Assembly (NCBI GenBank): GCA_964444075.1
Contig: CAYUFF010000002.1
Span: 1-45,684, forward strand
Direction: 5' to 3'
DNA: 45,684 nucleotides
From: an uncultured archaeon
Lineage (GTDB): Archaea; Aenigmatarchaeota; Aenigmatarchaeia; CG10238-14; SCSR01
The notes under the pieces are model-generated. The model did no database searches. It worked only from the letters and a program-made list of their open reading frames with translations, and had not been told where the DNA came from. A program made the position numbers and the translations under genes. Of this stretch, positions 32,995 to 42,517 are shown one piece after another (position 1 is the stretch's first letter; every line of letters starts with the position of its first letter).

Positions 32995-33882
32995 CTAGAG
33001 AACGTACCCCAACTCTTCCAACATTCGCTTAACTTCTCCCTTACACCTTTTCCTTATCTTTTCTCTCAATCTCTTCGGGCAGGAAAACGCTTTACTAGGG
33101 TCCAAGAGTGTCGCGAGTTTTTCGTCAACCCTTAACCTGAAGGTTCTCGCGAGTTTTTTGAGAACGGTCGGATTACGCACGAGTTCCTCAAACTTAACGA
33201 GCATCCCTCTTTTTCCTCGCTCGATTTGTTCGTAGGCTAAGTAGTTGAAGTTTGTGTAAACCCTCAGGAAATCTTCTATGTAGTCTTTGGAACCATTCAA
33301 CCACCCCCTTCTTTTTGCCACCCCCCTCAAGTATCTGAGTTCGAAAACCCCCGATTTTCCGTAGTGCGACCATACGATCGCGAGCAAGTTCGGAGAAACC
33401 TTGAGCAAGGATTCCTGCAGCATCCTCTTTACTGATATCCACGAGCCGAGGTGGCTGTAGAAGACTTCCGCAGGGTCCCTCACTATGTGAACGTATCTTA
33501 TCTTGAAGGTTTTGGAAACTTCGTGAAGCACAGGATGGAGCTGGTTAGACTGGATTATCACCTTTTTCTTCGAGGAATGAAATGGCAGGATGGTTTGCAC
33601 GGCTTCTTTAACTTTTTCTTCCGTGTACACGGACCTTGGCTTGGCGACCCTCAAGTACTCTTCGAGGACTCCCTTCTCTACCATAAAATAAGGCCTGTAG
33701 ATCGGAATTTTGTGGAGCGGATGTATGGTGTCGATTCTCACTTGACCTCTAGAAAGAGCCTCGTACACGGAAGGAGCATGAGGCTCGTAGATTATCGGAA
33801 TCTCTGGGTTGCTTTCCTGCAAGATATGGTAGATTATAGTCGTTCCTGTCCTGTAGTATCCGTTGATTATACCAGCTATCAT
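32995..33882 (-). CDS. PAPS-dependent sulfotransferase-like protein
   Basis: 5'-PSB-like loop GYYRTGTTIIYHIL at the N-terminus and 3'-PB-like YVHIVRDPAEVFYS. Confidence 0.68.
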   Translation of the reverse strand: MIAGIINGYYRTGTTIIYHILQESNPEIPIIYEPHAPSVYEALSRGQVRIDTIHPLHKIPIYRPYFMVEKGVLEEYLRVAKPRSVYTEEKVKEAVQTILPFHSSKKKVIIQSNQLHPVLHEVSKTFKIRYVHIVRDPAEVFYSHLGSWISVKRMLQESLLKVSPNLLAIVWSHYGKSGVFELRYLRGVAKRRGWLNGSKDYIEDFLRVYTNFNYLAYEQIERGKRGMLVKFEELVRNPTVLKKLARTFRLRVDEKLATLLDPSKAFSCPKRLREKIRKRCKGEVKRMLEELGYVL

Positions 33883-33901
33883 CTTGATAATCTTTGGTGT
33901 T

Positions 33902-34387
33902 TCAGTCTATTTTAAGCTTTGGAAAAGTTCCCCCACTCTTGTGGAGCAACGGCTTGAACCTTTCCTTCCTTACCACTTCTCTAACCACCCTTCCCACGAC
34001 CAGCCAGTGGTCCCCGAATTCTTTCATCTCCTCTACCACGCACTCGAAGCTTATCGGAGAATTTTTTATCAGCGGTGCTCTTATCTTCACAGAGCTTTCC
34101 TTTTCTAGGTTAGCTAGCTCGAATTTATCTACCTCTCTACCAGAGTAGCTCCCGCAGAGCTTTGCCATCTCTAGCATTTCCTCGCTGCAAACGTTCACGC
34201 CGAATTCCTTGACTTCCGAAATGTTCTTGAAGGTATACCTGCTAGGTGCTATTGCCACCGCAACGTACTTTGGGGAGAAGCTTACTGGCATCACGAAGCT
34301 CGCGGTCATCACGTTGGACTTTCCATCCTTGTCGACGGTGGTTATCAAAACTACCGGTCTTGGAAAAAGCTGTTCCGAGATTCTCAT
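33902..34387 (-). CDS. flavin reductase-like FMN-binding protein
   Basis: PRPVVLITTVDKDGKSNVMTASFVMPVSFSPKYVAVAI...GDHWLVVGRV. I chose the start at Met MRISEQLF (34387). The upstream part of the track ORF (to 34651) is low-complexity. Confidence 0.8.
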   Translation of the reverse strand: MRISEQLFPRPVVLITTVDKDGKSNVMTASFVMPVSFSPKYVAVAIAPSRYTFKNISEVKEFGVNVCSEEMLEMAKLCGSYSGREVDKFELANLEKESSVKIRAPLIKNSPISFECVVEEMKEFGDHWLVVGRVVREVVRKERFKPLLHKSGGTFPKLKID

Positions 34388-34737
34388 GAAAAGATTTAGG
34401 AAAAAACAAAAAGAAAAAAATAAAGCAGATAAGTTTTGTTGGCTATCCTCTGGTAGAATGGCATGATAGTTGGCAATATCTCCATTGTAAGCTGCATGGT
34501 AGTTATTGTCACTTCTCCGAAAGATAATCACGAAAAAGATGAACTTTGTCAACAGGAAAAGAAAGCTTTCGCAAAATCTTTCTCGAAGAAGATTTCGGAG
34601 ATTTTCCGAAAAAACCCAAGAGGGTAAACCACACGTAGCAAAATCCGTCAAACCTCAAGAATCTTACTCCTCCCGCTAATGTAAGCTTAAAGTACTTTGG
34701 TAAGAAAATTTGGAGTATATGAAGGTTTAAACTCGTT

Positions 34738-34957
34738 GTGTCTTCCAAAGGACAAACGGTAATTCCGAAAAAGGTTAGGGAAAGATTCGGGATTGAGCTG
34801 GAAGGATCCTTTCGAAGAACTTCTGGAGATTTCGAGAAAAATGAAATTATCGGAAAAGGAAATTGAACAAATGATAAAAGAGAGTAAGAAAGCTATCATA
34901 AACTCTCTGGTGCTGGCTGAAATAAAGTACCGAGTGGAGAGAAAGTTTGGCAAGTAA
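34738..34957 (+). pseudogene. decayed AbrB/SpoVT-type antitoxin gene, frameshifted and internally deleted
   Basis: Own translation. The frame from GTG 34738 reads VSSKGQTVIPKKVRERFGIELEG..stop at 34864, which is a KGQ-IPK-R-GI AbrB-type motif lacking the second half of the domain. The +1 frame continues DPFEELLEISRKMKLSEKEIEQMIKESKKAI...stop at 34955, a typical antitoxin tail. Confidence 0.38.
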
Positions 34958-35054
34958 AGCTGCTTGGTTTTTAGAAATTGAGGAATGGGTTGGACTATGG
35001 AAGAGTAGAAGTAGAAGGGGAAGGTTTTTATTTGTGGTTTTGCTATAGGTATTT

Positions 35055-35288
35055 ATGGCAGAAATAAAGGTTAAGGTTCCGGAGGATTTTGAAGAATTTT
35101 TCAAAGTTGACCCTTTGCTGTTGCAGATCGCATTCCAAAGATTTGTTGAAGAAAAGGTTGAGGAATTTAAAGAGTTGGAAAAAATTACAGCAAAGTCGAA
35201 GCTAACCGAGGAAGAAGCGTTGGAGCTTGGCAGGCTTGTCAATAAATCTTTGGCGAAAAGGTACGAGAAGTTTCTCCAGAAGGAGTGA
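35055..35288 (+). CDS. putative antitoxin of the PIN toxin pair
   Basis: A 77-aa acidic helical protein that ends 6 nt before the PIN gene. Classic type II TA geometry. Confidence 0.6.
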   Translation: MAEIKVKVPEDFEEFFKVDPLLLQIAFQRFVEEKVEEFKELEKITAKSKLTEEEALELGRLVNKSLAKRYEKFLQKE

Positions 35289-35294
35289 ATCGGG

Positions 35295-35738
35295 ATGTTT
35301 CTCGTTATCGATGCTAACGTCGTGTTTTCGGCATTGATAAGGGAAGGTGCTACTTTAAGGTTGTTTGAGTTTAACAGCGTCTTCAAAATTTTTGAGTTGG
35401 TCGCTCCTGAGTTTATTTGGGATGAAATCGAAAGACATAAGGAGGAAATCGTTGGGAAATCTAAGCTGTCTGAAAGAGAGTTGGAAAGGGTTCTGGAGTT
35501 TATAAGGTCTGAGGTAAGGATTGTGCCCGAGGAATATTTTTCTGAATTTTTGAAAGAAGCCAAAGAAATTTCTCCGGAAGAGGATTTTCCGTACGTTGCT
35601 CTAGCTTTGAAGTTGAAAAGCTTAGGGTTGGGAGCCAAGATTTGGTCCAACGATAAGGAGCTCAAGAAGGCTTTGGAAGGCAGGATAGAAGTGTTGTCGA
35701 CCAAGGAGATAGTCGAAAGGTTGAGAATTAAGCTGTAA
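35295..35738 (+). CDS. PIN-domain ribonuclease toxin (VapC-like)
   Basis: Conserved acidic positions in the right order: FLVIDANV (Asp6), FIWDEIERH, EEDFPYVALAL, IWSNDKEL. 147 aa. Confidence 0.82.
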   Translation: MFLVIDANVVFSALIREGATLRLFEFNSVFKIFELVAPEFIWDEIERHKEEIVGKSKLSERELERVLEFIRSEVRIVPEEYFSEFLKEAKEISPEEDFPYVALALKLKSLGLGAKIWSNDKELKKALEGRIEVLSTKEIVERLRIKL

Positions 35739-35905
35739 AGGTGAGGGTTATTAACGGTTTTCATCGATTTTCCGTTCGTTACCTCGGGCCAAGGAAGTAA
35801 AGGAGCTTACGTTGGAAGGTAAAGAGTAATGAAGGTGTAGCAAGAAGGCGTGGGTTGTGATGAACGGATGGAAAATTCAGTGAAGAGCAGGTGAAAGGCT
35901 GATAA

Positions 35906-36049
35906 TTAAGAAGATGGGGTAGAAAAATCCTTCTGCTTTCGAAGCCCAAGGATTCGATAAAACTTCTAGAAGAAATTTCCAGACGAATACGACCGAAGAT
36001 GGAAGCGACGGAGATAAAAAAAGAAATAAAAAGATTTAGGAGAGATTAA
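35906..36049 (+). pseudogene. possible second antitoxin-tail remnant with no start codon
   Basis: Open frame ...KPKDSIKLLEEISRRIRPKMEATEIKKEIKRFRRD-stop. It resembles the tail at 34806-34957 (..ELLEISRK...EKEI...IKE). Upstream frames contain broken LPRAKEVKELTLEGKE-like pieces. The call is weak. Confidence 0.2.
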
Positions 36050-36146
36050 ACGGCCCACTCGAATTTTAAATTTGAATAAGCTTTAGCAAAAGCTCGTTTA
36101 CCTCTTCGACCACAGCTTTGCAAGTTCTCTTTTGAACTTTTCCTCT

Positions 36147-36380
36147 TCAATTCTTCTTCTCCTCCTTTTCTATTTCTTTTATCCAACCTTTTTTCTTCAG
36201 GGAGAATATTAGCGGGTATACCTTGGTTTTCTCCATGGATGCTAACCTGCTCGCTTCCTTCACGGAAAAGATTTTCACGTTCTTCGAAAGGAGGGAAGAG
36301 AGCAGGAACGCTTCCTTTTTACCGAGAGTTTTATAATTTGGTGTAAAGTTTTTAAACTTCATATAAAATTGTTGCATCAA
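36147..36380 (-). CDS. small winged-helix protein resembling the AbiEi/TrmB-type N-terminal domain
   Basis: LGKKEAFLLSSLLSKNVKIFSVKEASRLASMEKTKVYPLIFSLKKKGWIKEIE matches the wHTH pattern (...GWL..I..G.Y) but stops after 77 aa. No partner NTase gene follows. Confidence 0.55.
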   Translation of the reverse strand: MMQQFYMKFKNFTPNYKTLGKKEAFLLSSLLSKNVKIFSVKEASRLASMEKTKVYPLIFSLKKKGWIKEIEKEEKKN

Positions 36381-36422
36381 TTTATACTTATAGCTTTTAG
36401 CTTTTTTTGGGAGTTGAGTAGC

Positions 36423-37055
36423 TCATCCCCAGTATTTTCTCAGCTCCTCCTTCGAGTGTGCATCCAACCCTAGTAACAAGGGTATATCCTTTCTAATACA
36501 CCTCCCTATGAAGTATGCTGACGGCACTTCGTGCCTTAAGTTTATCTCGACCACAATATCCTTTCCTTCGAGCATCGAAACCAACCTTTCGATTTCTTCC
36601 TTCTTCAGCTTAATGTTGCTTCTTTTCAATGCAAGCGTAGGATGCCCCCAGACGTCAAAATCGTTATCTAGCAGTTTTTTCACTTTGTCAAAATACTCCT
36701 TCTCGCTTTTCACCTTATCGTGAATCACTCCGAAGATTACCTCAGCTTTTTTCAAAACTTTTTTGCTAGCGTTCAAGCTACCGTCGTTGAGTACCTTAGC
36801 CTCTATGCCAGCGATTGCTTCAATCCCAAGCTTCTTACCGCATTCCTTGACTTCTCGGAAATACTCCTCGAAGTTATATGTCAACTCCTTCCTAACGTGC
36901 TCCGTGAACGCTATGAAGCTTGTTCCCAACGCTTTCGCCTCTTCGCACATCTCTTCTACGGTATTCTTCCCGTCGGTATAGCTCGTGTGCACGTGCCAGA
37001 TTCCGCTGAAGAAATGCTTCCTGTATTTTTTCCACTTCTTAACCATCGATGTCAC
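36423..37055 (-). CDS. PHP-domain metal-dependent phosphoesterase
   Basis: GIWHVHTSYTDG, AFTEHV and later His/Asp positions (VWGHP, LGLDAH). It abuts the upstream GPT gene with no gap. Confidence 0.8.
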   Translation of the reverse strand: MTSMVKKWKKYRKHFFSGIWHVHTSYTDGKNTVEEMCEEAKALGTSFIAFTEHVRKELTYNFEEYFREVKECGKKLGIEAIAGIEAKVLNDGSLNASKKVLKKAEVIFGVIHDKVKSEKEYFDKVKKLLDNDFDVWGHPTLALKRSNIKLKKEEIERLVSMLEGKDIVVEINLRHEVPSAYFIGRCIRKDIPLLLGLDAHSKEELRKYWG

Positions 37056-38012
37056 CTAGAAGAACTTTAAACCGAGGAAGCAAAAGATGGCGGTAAGCAA
37101 GTACATGAGCAGTACACATTGCCACTCTTTCATCCTGAAGTAGTAGGCAGGTATCCATTTCAGCGTGAGGTTGTTCGGAACCCAGAGCGTGCCATCCCTC
37201 CTTATCCTTCCGAACTTGACGAGAGGATAACCCCTAACCCTCCAGTAGATGTAGAGGAGGAAGTTCACGATGTGCGGAACTAAAATGATGACCCCGAAAA
37301 ACTCTATATTATAGAGGATTAGCAAACCTCCTATCGAAGAGCCTAGGATGAAGCTTCCTACGTTGCCCTCGAAAAAACGTGAGGGATACCTGTTGAAAAG
37401 AAAAAAAGCGAGCAACGAACTGAAGACGGGAACGGAATAGTAGAGCATGGTAGGATCGTGGTAGAGCATCAAGACCTTTGCCATTATCGCGAGCAACAGT
37501 ATCAAGGACAACCCCGTGCAAAGCCCGTTGAAGCCGGAATGCATGTTCACCAGGTTCGCGACGACCATCAGGTAGAGCGGTGCTACCAAGTAGGTGAAAA
37601 TCGGGCCTAGCTCGACCTCTGTAAAGTAGAGCGATAAGCTCGTATCGACGTTCAACAGGGCTATAGGTAGCGAGAGGAAGAATGGCACGATTACCTTCAC
37701 TATCCTACCTACGTCTACCAAGTCGTCGAGCAGTGCGAAGAAACCGTAGCTGAAAACCACGAAGTAGAAGATTAACATGCTTTCGATTATGCCAGCCTTT
37801 CCTACTAACAGCTCCGTCGCTATCAGGCTGGCGATGATCCCGAAGTAAATCGCAACACCCCCCAACGTCGGTACTTCGGGTCTCCCTTTCTTGTACATGT
37901 CCTTAGCTACCAACCCTCTCCGAGGAAATTTTCTCATGAGATATTTTGAGGTGAAGAAAGTCGTTAGGAACCCCGAAAGGAAAATGAGCAGCATGGAAAA
38001 CTCTGGACGCAT
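37056..38012 (-). CDS. aglH: polyprenyl/dolichyl-phosphate HexNAc-1-phosphate transferase (MraY/WecA/AglH family)
   Basis: About 10 TM helices, LLDDLVDV and NLVNMHSGFNGL motifs. The symbol is given by analogy only. Confidence 0.82.
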   Translation of the reverse strand: MRPEFSMLLIFLSGFLTTFFTSKYLMRKFPRRGLVAKDMYKKGRPEVPTLGGVAIYFGIIASLIATELLVGKAGIIESMLIFYFVVFSYGFFALLDDLVDVGRIVKVIVPFFLSLPIALLNVDTSLSLYFTEVELGPIFTYLVAPLYLMVVANLVNMHSGFNGLCTGLSLILLLAIMAKVLMLYHDPTMLYYSVPVFSSLLAFFLFNRYPSRFFEGNVGSFILGSSIGGLLILYNIEFFGVIILVPHIVNFLLYIYWRVRGYPLVKFGRIRRDGTLWVPNNLTLKWIPAYYFRMKEWQCVLLMYLLTAIFCFLGLKFF

Positions 38013-38062
38013 AAAATATTAAACACCTTTCGCAGTAGTTAAATTAACGCGGAGGTTGAAGC

Positions 38063-39310
38063 ATGAGGAAAAACGCGTGGGTAAGCGTTTACGGTTTCGG
38101 GAAAGTAGGCTCCGCGATAGGAGCGTGGCTCCTGAAGAAGGGTTTCAGGGTCATAGGCGTGGATGTTAACGAGGAATGGGTGGAGGCGTTGAACTCTGGC
38201 GATTTTTCTGTGGATGAGCCTGGGGTAACGTCTTTGTTGAAAAGAGGGTTGAAGGAAGGCAGATTTTACGCCACGACCGACGGCGTAGAAGCTTCGCGGA
38301 AGTCGAGGGTGAAGATAACAATAGTGCCCGTGGACGTCGATTCCAAAGGCGAACCAGATTTTTCCGCCTTGGCTGACGCTTGCATCAAGATAGCCTGCGG
38401 CTTGAAGAAGGGCGACTTGGTGGTAACCGAAACGACTCTTCCTCCAGGAACGACGAAGAACTTCGTAGCCCCGCTCATCGAGGCGGAGAGTAAGCTCAAA
38501 GTGGGGAAAGATTTTTTCCTTGCACACGCTCCTGAAAGAGTGTACGTAGGAAGAATCTTGAAGGATTTTAAGAGGTACAAGAAAATAGTCGGCGGTGTCG
38601 ACGAGGTTTCTGGAAGAGTCGCGAAAAGGTTTTACGAGAAGCTTTTCCCAAAGGGGGTCATCCTGATGGACGATTCTACCGCAGCGGAAGCGGCGAAGGT
38701 TTTCGGGATTACTTACAGGTACGTTAACATAGCCCTCGCGAACGAGCTCAAGATGTTTTGCGACAAGCTCGGAATAGACTTCTGGAAAGTGAGGGAGGCT
38801 ACCAACGCAATAAAGTTTTTCAACTTACATTCACCGGGGATTCCCGGAGGTCACTGCGTACCAGTTTATCCCCATTTCCTCCTTTTCGTCGATAAGCGAC
38901 TTAGGCTCGTGAAAGCTTCTGTAGAAATAAACCGGGAGGTAATGCCCAAAATGGTAGTGAGAGCTCTGGAAAAACTCTTGGAAAGAGAAGGGAAGCGGCT
39001 CAAGGGCTCTAAGGTCCTCATTCTCGGCAGGAGCTATAGGGCGGGCGTGAAGGAAGACAGACACGCAGCGGGAATCATGCTCGCAAAACTTTTGAAGAAA
39101 AGGGGAATGAACGTCTACGTTTACGATCCCCTCTATTCCAGGGAAGAGATGGAAAAGGTCGGCTTCGACGGTCTCGATAAGACCGACGAAAAGATTCTAG
39201 AGGAGTTCGACGCGGTCATCGTAGCCAACGATGCCGCGCGTGAGTACAAGAAACTCCTTAAGAAGTACTCTGGCCCCGTGTTGGACCCGTTCGGCGTGTT
39301 GAGACGCTAA
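38063..39310 (+). CDS. nucleotide-sugar 6-dehydrogenase (UDP-glucose/GDP-mannose dehydrogenase family, WbpA/WecC-like)
   Basis: N-terminal Rossmann [12 protein letters not shown] and catalytic Cys region [13 protein letters not shown]. Confidence 0.88.
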   Translation: MRKNAWVSVYGFGKVGSAIGAWLLKKGFRVIGVDVNEEWVEALNSGDFSVDEPGVTSLLKRGLKEGRFYATTDGVEASRKSRVKITIVPVDVDSKGEPDFSALADACIKIACGLKKGDLVVTETTLPPGTTKNFVAPLIEAESKLKVGKDFFLAHAPERVYVGRILKDFKRYKKIVGGVDEVSGRVAKRFYEKLFPKGVILMDDSTAAEAAKVFGITYRYVNIALANELKMFCDKLGIDFWKVREATNAIKFFNLHSPGIPGGHCVPVYPHFLLFVDKRLRLVKASVEINREVMPKMVVRALEKLLEREGKRLKGSKVLILGRSYRAGVKEDRHAAGIMLAKLLKKRGMNVYVYDPLYSREEMEKVGFDGLDKTDEKILEEFDAVIVANDAAREYKKLLKKYSGPVLDPFGVLRR

Positions 39311-39903
39311 CTTTTCTTCTCGACTTCCAGCCAGACCTCTTTCTTAACCTTTATCTTCCTCCCGCAGGAGTTACATCTTAGGGTTACGTATTTCCTGCCT
39401 TCCCTTTCGAATTCAACCCTCTTCCCGCACACGCACACAAAACCAACGAGCCTCGCCGGGTTACCGAGTACAAGTGCGTAGTCAGGAACGTCCTTAGTAA
39501 CCACAGAACCGGCCCCGACCATCGCATACTTTCCTATCGTTATTCCGCAGAGTATGGTTGAGTTCGCTCCTATGCTCGCACCTTTCTTAACTAAGGTGCT
39601 CATCCTCTCCCACTTTTTGTTGAAACTCCTTGGATAAAGGTCGTTGGTAAAAGTCGTGTGCGGCCCTACGAATACGTCATCCTCGATCGTGACGCCTTCG
39701 TAAACCGAAACCCTGTTTTGCAACTTCACCCCGTTCCCTATCCTCACGTTCTTGTCGACGTAGACGCACTTCCCTAAGACGCAATTCCTCCCTATCCTCG
39801 CACCTTCTCTGACGTGAGCGTGATGCCAAACCTTAGTTCCGGCGCCTATCTTGACGTCGGGCTCGACGATCGCCGTAGGATGGACGAAAGGGTTTCTACC
39901 CAT
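39307..39903 (-). CDS. left-handed beta-helix N-acetyltransferase (WbpD/WlbB-like) with a C-terminal zinc-ribbon tail
   Basis: Hexapeptide repeats [58 protein letters not shown].... The tail is [31 protein letters not shown] chose the start at Met27 of the track ORF (39903). Confidence 0.85.
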   Translation of the reverse strand: MGRNPFVHPTAIVEPDVKIGAGTKVWHHAHVREGARIGRNCVLGKCVYVDKNVRIGNGVKLQNRVSVYEGVTIEDDVFVGPHTTFTNDLYPRSFNKKWERMSTLVKKGASIGANSTILCGITIGKYAMVGAGSVVTKDVPDYALVLGNPARLVGFVCVCGKRVEFEREGRKYVTLRCNSCGRKIKVKKEVWLEVEKKS

Positions 39904-39961
39904 ACTTAAAGATACCGCAAGCTTTCCGAAAAGTTTTAAAGGTCCTCTCAAACATATTCTC

Positions 39962-40960
39962 ATGCTAAGGGTCGCCGTCATAGGCCTAGGAAAGATGGGT
40001 CAGCACCATGCGAGGAACCTCTTCAGGCTGCAGCGAGAGGGTTTAGTCGAGCTCGTCGCCGTCTGCGATAGCGATAAAACGAAGGAACGCGTGGCGAAGG
40101 AGTATTCCTGCGAGTTTTACGCTGACTACCAAGAAATGCTCGAAAGGGAAAAACCCGAAGCCGTGAGCATAGCAGTCCCAACTAGGCTTCACGAAAGCGT
40201 AACCAAGACCTGCTTGCAGCGTGGCGTGCACTGTCTGGTAGAAAAGCCGCTCTCCCATTCCTACGAGAGTGCCAAACTGCTCGTTGACCTCGCCGAGAGG
40301 AACTCTGTCAAGCTCATGGTAGGTCACATCGAGAGGTTCAACCCCGTCGTTCAAAAACTGACGGAGATGGTCTTGGAAAACGGCTTGGGCGAACTCCTTT
40401 CTTTGCATTTCAGGAGGATAGGCGTACCCAGGCTGACTGACATCGGCGTCATCGTCGACCTTGCGATCCACGACATAGACCTTGCGTTGAGCTTCGTTCG
40501 CAAGGAAGTCGAGGCCGTAACCTGCTTCGCAAGAAAAAAGCTTGCAAGTGATTTCGACGACCATGCCGTAATTTTCCTCAAGTTTCGTGGCAACACTTTG
40601 GCGATACTCGAAACCAGCAGGCTTGCTCCGGTAAAGGTTAGAGAAGTTTTCATAGTCGGAAGCAAATGTTGCTGCAACGTTGACTTGGTGAAGCAAAGGA
40701 TTGAAGTTATAGAAAGTTTTCTGGAAAGGGCTACCGAGTGGAGGGATTTCAAAGAATTCATCGAGAAGTTCGAGCCCAAAAGAAAGGTAATCGAAGTTAA
40801 GGGTGAGGAACCGCTCTACCTTGAGCTCAAATCTTTCGTTTCTTCGGTCATCGAAGATAAGGAGGTCGTCGTGCCTGGAAGCGAAGCCCTGAAAGCTTTG
40901 AGAATAGCCGAACTTGCTTTGAGAAGCGCGGAGGAAGGAAAGAGCATTAACCTAGCTTGA
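39962..40960 (+). CDS. Gfo/Idh/MocA-family NAD-dependent oxidoreductase (WbpB-like)
   Basis: [20 protein letters not shown] and [10 protein letters not shown] chose the start at the internal Met (39962). Confidence 0.88.
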   Translation: MLRVAVIGLGKMGQHHARNLFRLQREGLVELVAVCDSDKTKERVAKEYSCEFYADYQEMLEREKPEAVSIAVPTRLHESVTKTCLQRGVHCLVEKPLSHSYESAKLLVDLAERNSVKLMVGHIERFNPVVQKLTEMVLENGLGELLSLHFRRIGVPRLTDIGVIVDLAIHDIDLALSFVRKEVEAVTCFARKKLASDFDDHAVIFLKFRGNTLAILETSRLAPVKVREVFIVGSKCCCNVDLVKQRIEVIESFLERATEWRDFKEFIEKFEPKRKVIEVKGEEPLYLELKSFVSSVIEDKEVVVPGSEALKALRIAELALRSAEEGKSINLA

Positions 40961-40975
40961 AGTTTGGTGGATGTG

Positions 40976-41380
40976 ATGGAGGCTATTTTCCTTGCTTTGG
41001 TTGCGATGGTATCGTTTGGTATAGCTTCGTTCATTTACAAAGTCGCTTCTCCACACATAGACCCTCACTCGTTGGTAGTCGCAACTTATGGTTTCGCCTT
41101 TATCTTAGCCCTTACGTACTGGAGTGTTCAACCGACAAAGGAAATAACGACGCTGGGGATTTTCTATTCTTTCCTCGCAGCACTCTTCGCCATGGTAGGG
41201 ATGCTCGCGTACGTTACCGCGCTCAAGCACGGGATGGTCAGCATAGTAGTTCCCCTGAGAAACCTTTCTCTGACAGTTTCGGTGATACTCGCCATCCTCT
41301 TGCTTGCAGAAAGGCTTACTTGGGTAAAGGTTCTCGGAATCCTTCTTGCTTGCGTCGCTATAGTACTGCTTTCTGTTTAA
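40976..41380 (+). CDS. four-TM EamA/SMR-like half-transporter (ArnE/ArnF-like candidate lipid-linked sugar flippase subunit)
   Basis: Four hydrophobic helices in about 134 aa. The ATG at 40976 is preceded by GGTGG. Located inside the sugar-modification operon. Confidence 0.6.
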   Translation: MEAIFLALVAMVSFGIASFIYKVASPHIDPHSLVVATYGFAFILALTYWSVQPTKEITTLGIFYSFLAALFAMVGMLAYVTALKHGMVSIVVPLRNLSLTVSVILAILLLAERLTWVKVLGILLACVAIVLLSV

Positions 41381-42483
41381 CTGCGGAAGAATCTCTTCAC
41401 GGCCTCCGCGAGCATAAGTAAAGAGCTTCTGTCTAGAGAAGGGTGAACTGGTAAGGATAACACTTCCTTACAGGCTCTCTCAGCGTTCGGAAGAAAAAGG
41501 TTTCCGTATCCCAATTTTTTGTAAACTGGCTGCTTGTATATGGGTTTAGGGTAATGTACCGCGACTTCTATTCCACGCGCTCTCAGGTAGCTTGCCAAAG
41601 AATTCCTCTTCCCCCTTTTCACCCTTACCACGTACTGGTGGAAGACGTGTTTAACGTGCGGAGATACATAGGGAGTTTCTATTCCTCTCACATCCTTAAG
41701 AGCCTTCGTCAAAAATTCGGCGTTCTTCCTCCTTTTCTCGTTGAGGTCGTCCAACTTTTTAAGTTGCTCCAGCCCTACCGCAGCCTGAATTTCCGTCATC
41801 CTGTAATTATAGCCAAGGACGCTATGAACGTACTTCTTCGATTGGCCCTGGTCGACCAGCATCCTAGCAAGCTTGGCCACGGATTTTTTCTTCACGAGCA
41901 ACATACCTCCTTCGCCCCCAGTAGTGATGTTTTTCGTAGCGTAGAAGCTGAAGACCGCTGCATCACCGAAGCTTCCGACTTTCTTTCCTCGGTACTCGGC
42001 ACCGTGAGCTTGGGCGCAGTCTTCGACAAGAAGTAAACCGTGGGTTTTGCATACCTTAACGATTTCTCTCATCTCACAAGGTTGACCGAAGATGTGAACG
42101 ATCAACACAGCTTTCGTCCTCTCGGTAATCGCCTTTTCTATTTCCTCTGGAAGGATGTTGAAAGTCCTTTCGTCTACATCTACGAATACAGGCTTGGCGC
42201 CTACGTAGAGAATACAGTTCGAGCTTGCGATGAAGCTGAACGGCGTGGTAACGACTTCGTCTCCCTCTCCTATCCCCAAAGAAAGCATCGCAACGTGGAG
42301 AGCGACGGTTCCGTTGAAGGTCGCGACCGCATGCCTAGCGCCTATGTACCTTCTAAAACTTTCCTCAAATTCCTTCACGAGCTTCCCGCTGGTCAGCATC
42401 CCGGAAGCGAGGACTTCCTTTACTCTCTTAAGCTCTTCCTTACCGAGCAACGGTTTTGCTATCGGTATGCTTACCGTCGCCAT
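41377..42483 (-). CDS. DegT/DnrJ/EryC1/StrS-family PLP-dependent sugar aminotransferase (WbpE-like)
   Basis: IPIAKPLLGKEELKRVKEVLASGMLTSG and FSFYATKNITTGGEGGML (PLP lysine). I chose the start at Met45 of the track ORF (42483). Confidence 0.92.
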   Translation of the reverse strand: MATVSIPIAKPLLGKEELKRVKEVLASGMLTSGKLVKEFEESFRRYIGARHAVATFNGTVALHVAMLSLGIGEGDEVVTTPFSFIASSNCILYVGAKPVFVDVDERTFNILPEEIEKAITERTKAVLIVHIFGQPCEMREIVKVCKTHGLLLVEDCAQAHGAEYRGKKVGSFGDAAVFSFYATKNITTGGEGGMLLVKKKSVAKLARMLVDQGQSKKYVHSVLGYNYRMTEIQAAVGLEQLKKLDDLNEKRRKNAEFLTKALKDVRGIETPYVSPHVKHVFHQYVVRVKRGKRNSLASYLRARGIEVAVHYPKPIYKQPVYKKLGYGNLFLPNAERACKEVLSLPVHPSLDRSSLLMLAEAVKRFFRS

Positions 42484-42517
42484 AATTTTAAATGCGGGGA
42501 ATCCAATAAAAACTTTG
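42484..42517. promoter_or_regulatory. 34-bp divergent promoter spacer with two AT boxes
   Basis: AATTTTAAAT (42484-42493) and CCAATAAAAACTTT (42501-42514). Each lies 25-29 nt from the distal start codon. Confidence 0.4.

Noticed and set aside
33451-33915. 154-aa plus-strand ORF.
   Set aside because: It is antisense to the sulfotransferase-like gene, which has recognisable PAPS-binding motifs. No motifs appear in the antisense frame.
34497-34628. 43-codon Lys-rich plus-strand ORF (MVVIVTSPKDNHEKDELCQQEKKAFAKSF...) in the islet.
   Set aside because: It has no recognisable motif, no SD or AT box at a suitable distance, and low-complexity sequence in a decaying region.
34847-35764. 305-aa minus-strand ORF in the supplied track.
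   Set aside because: It is a Ser/Leu/Asn-rich low-complexity translation. It lies antisense to a well-formed antitoxin/PIN gene pair with canonical spacing, so it is a shadow ORF of a purine-rich sense strand.
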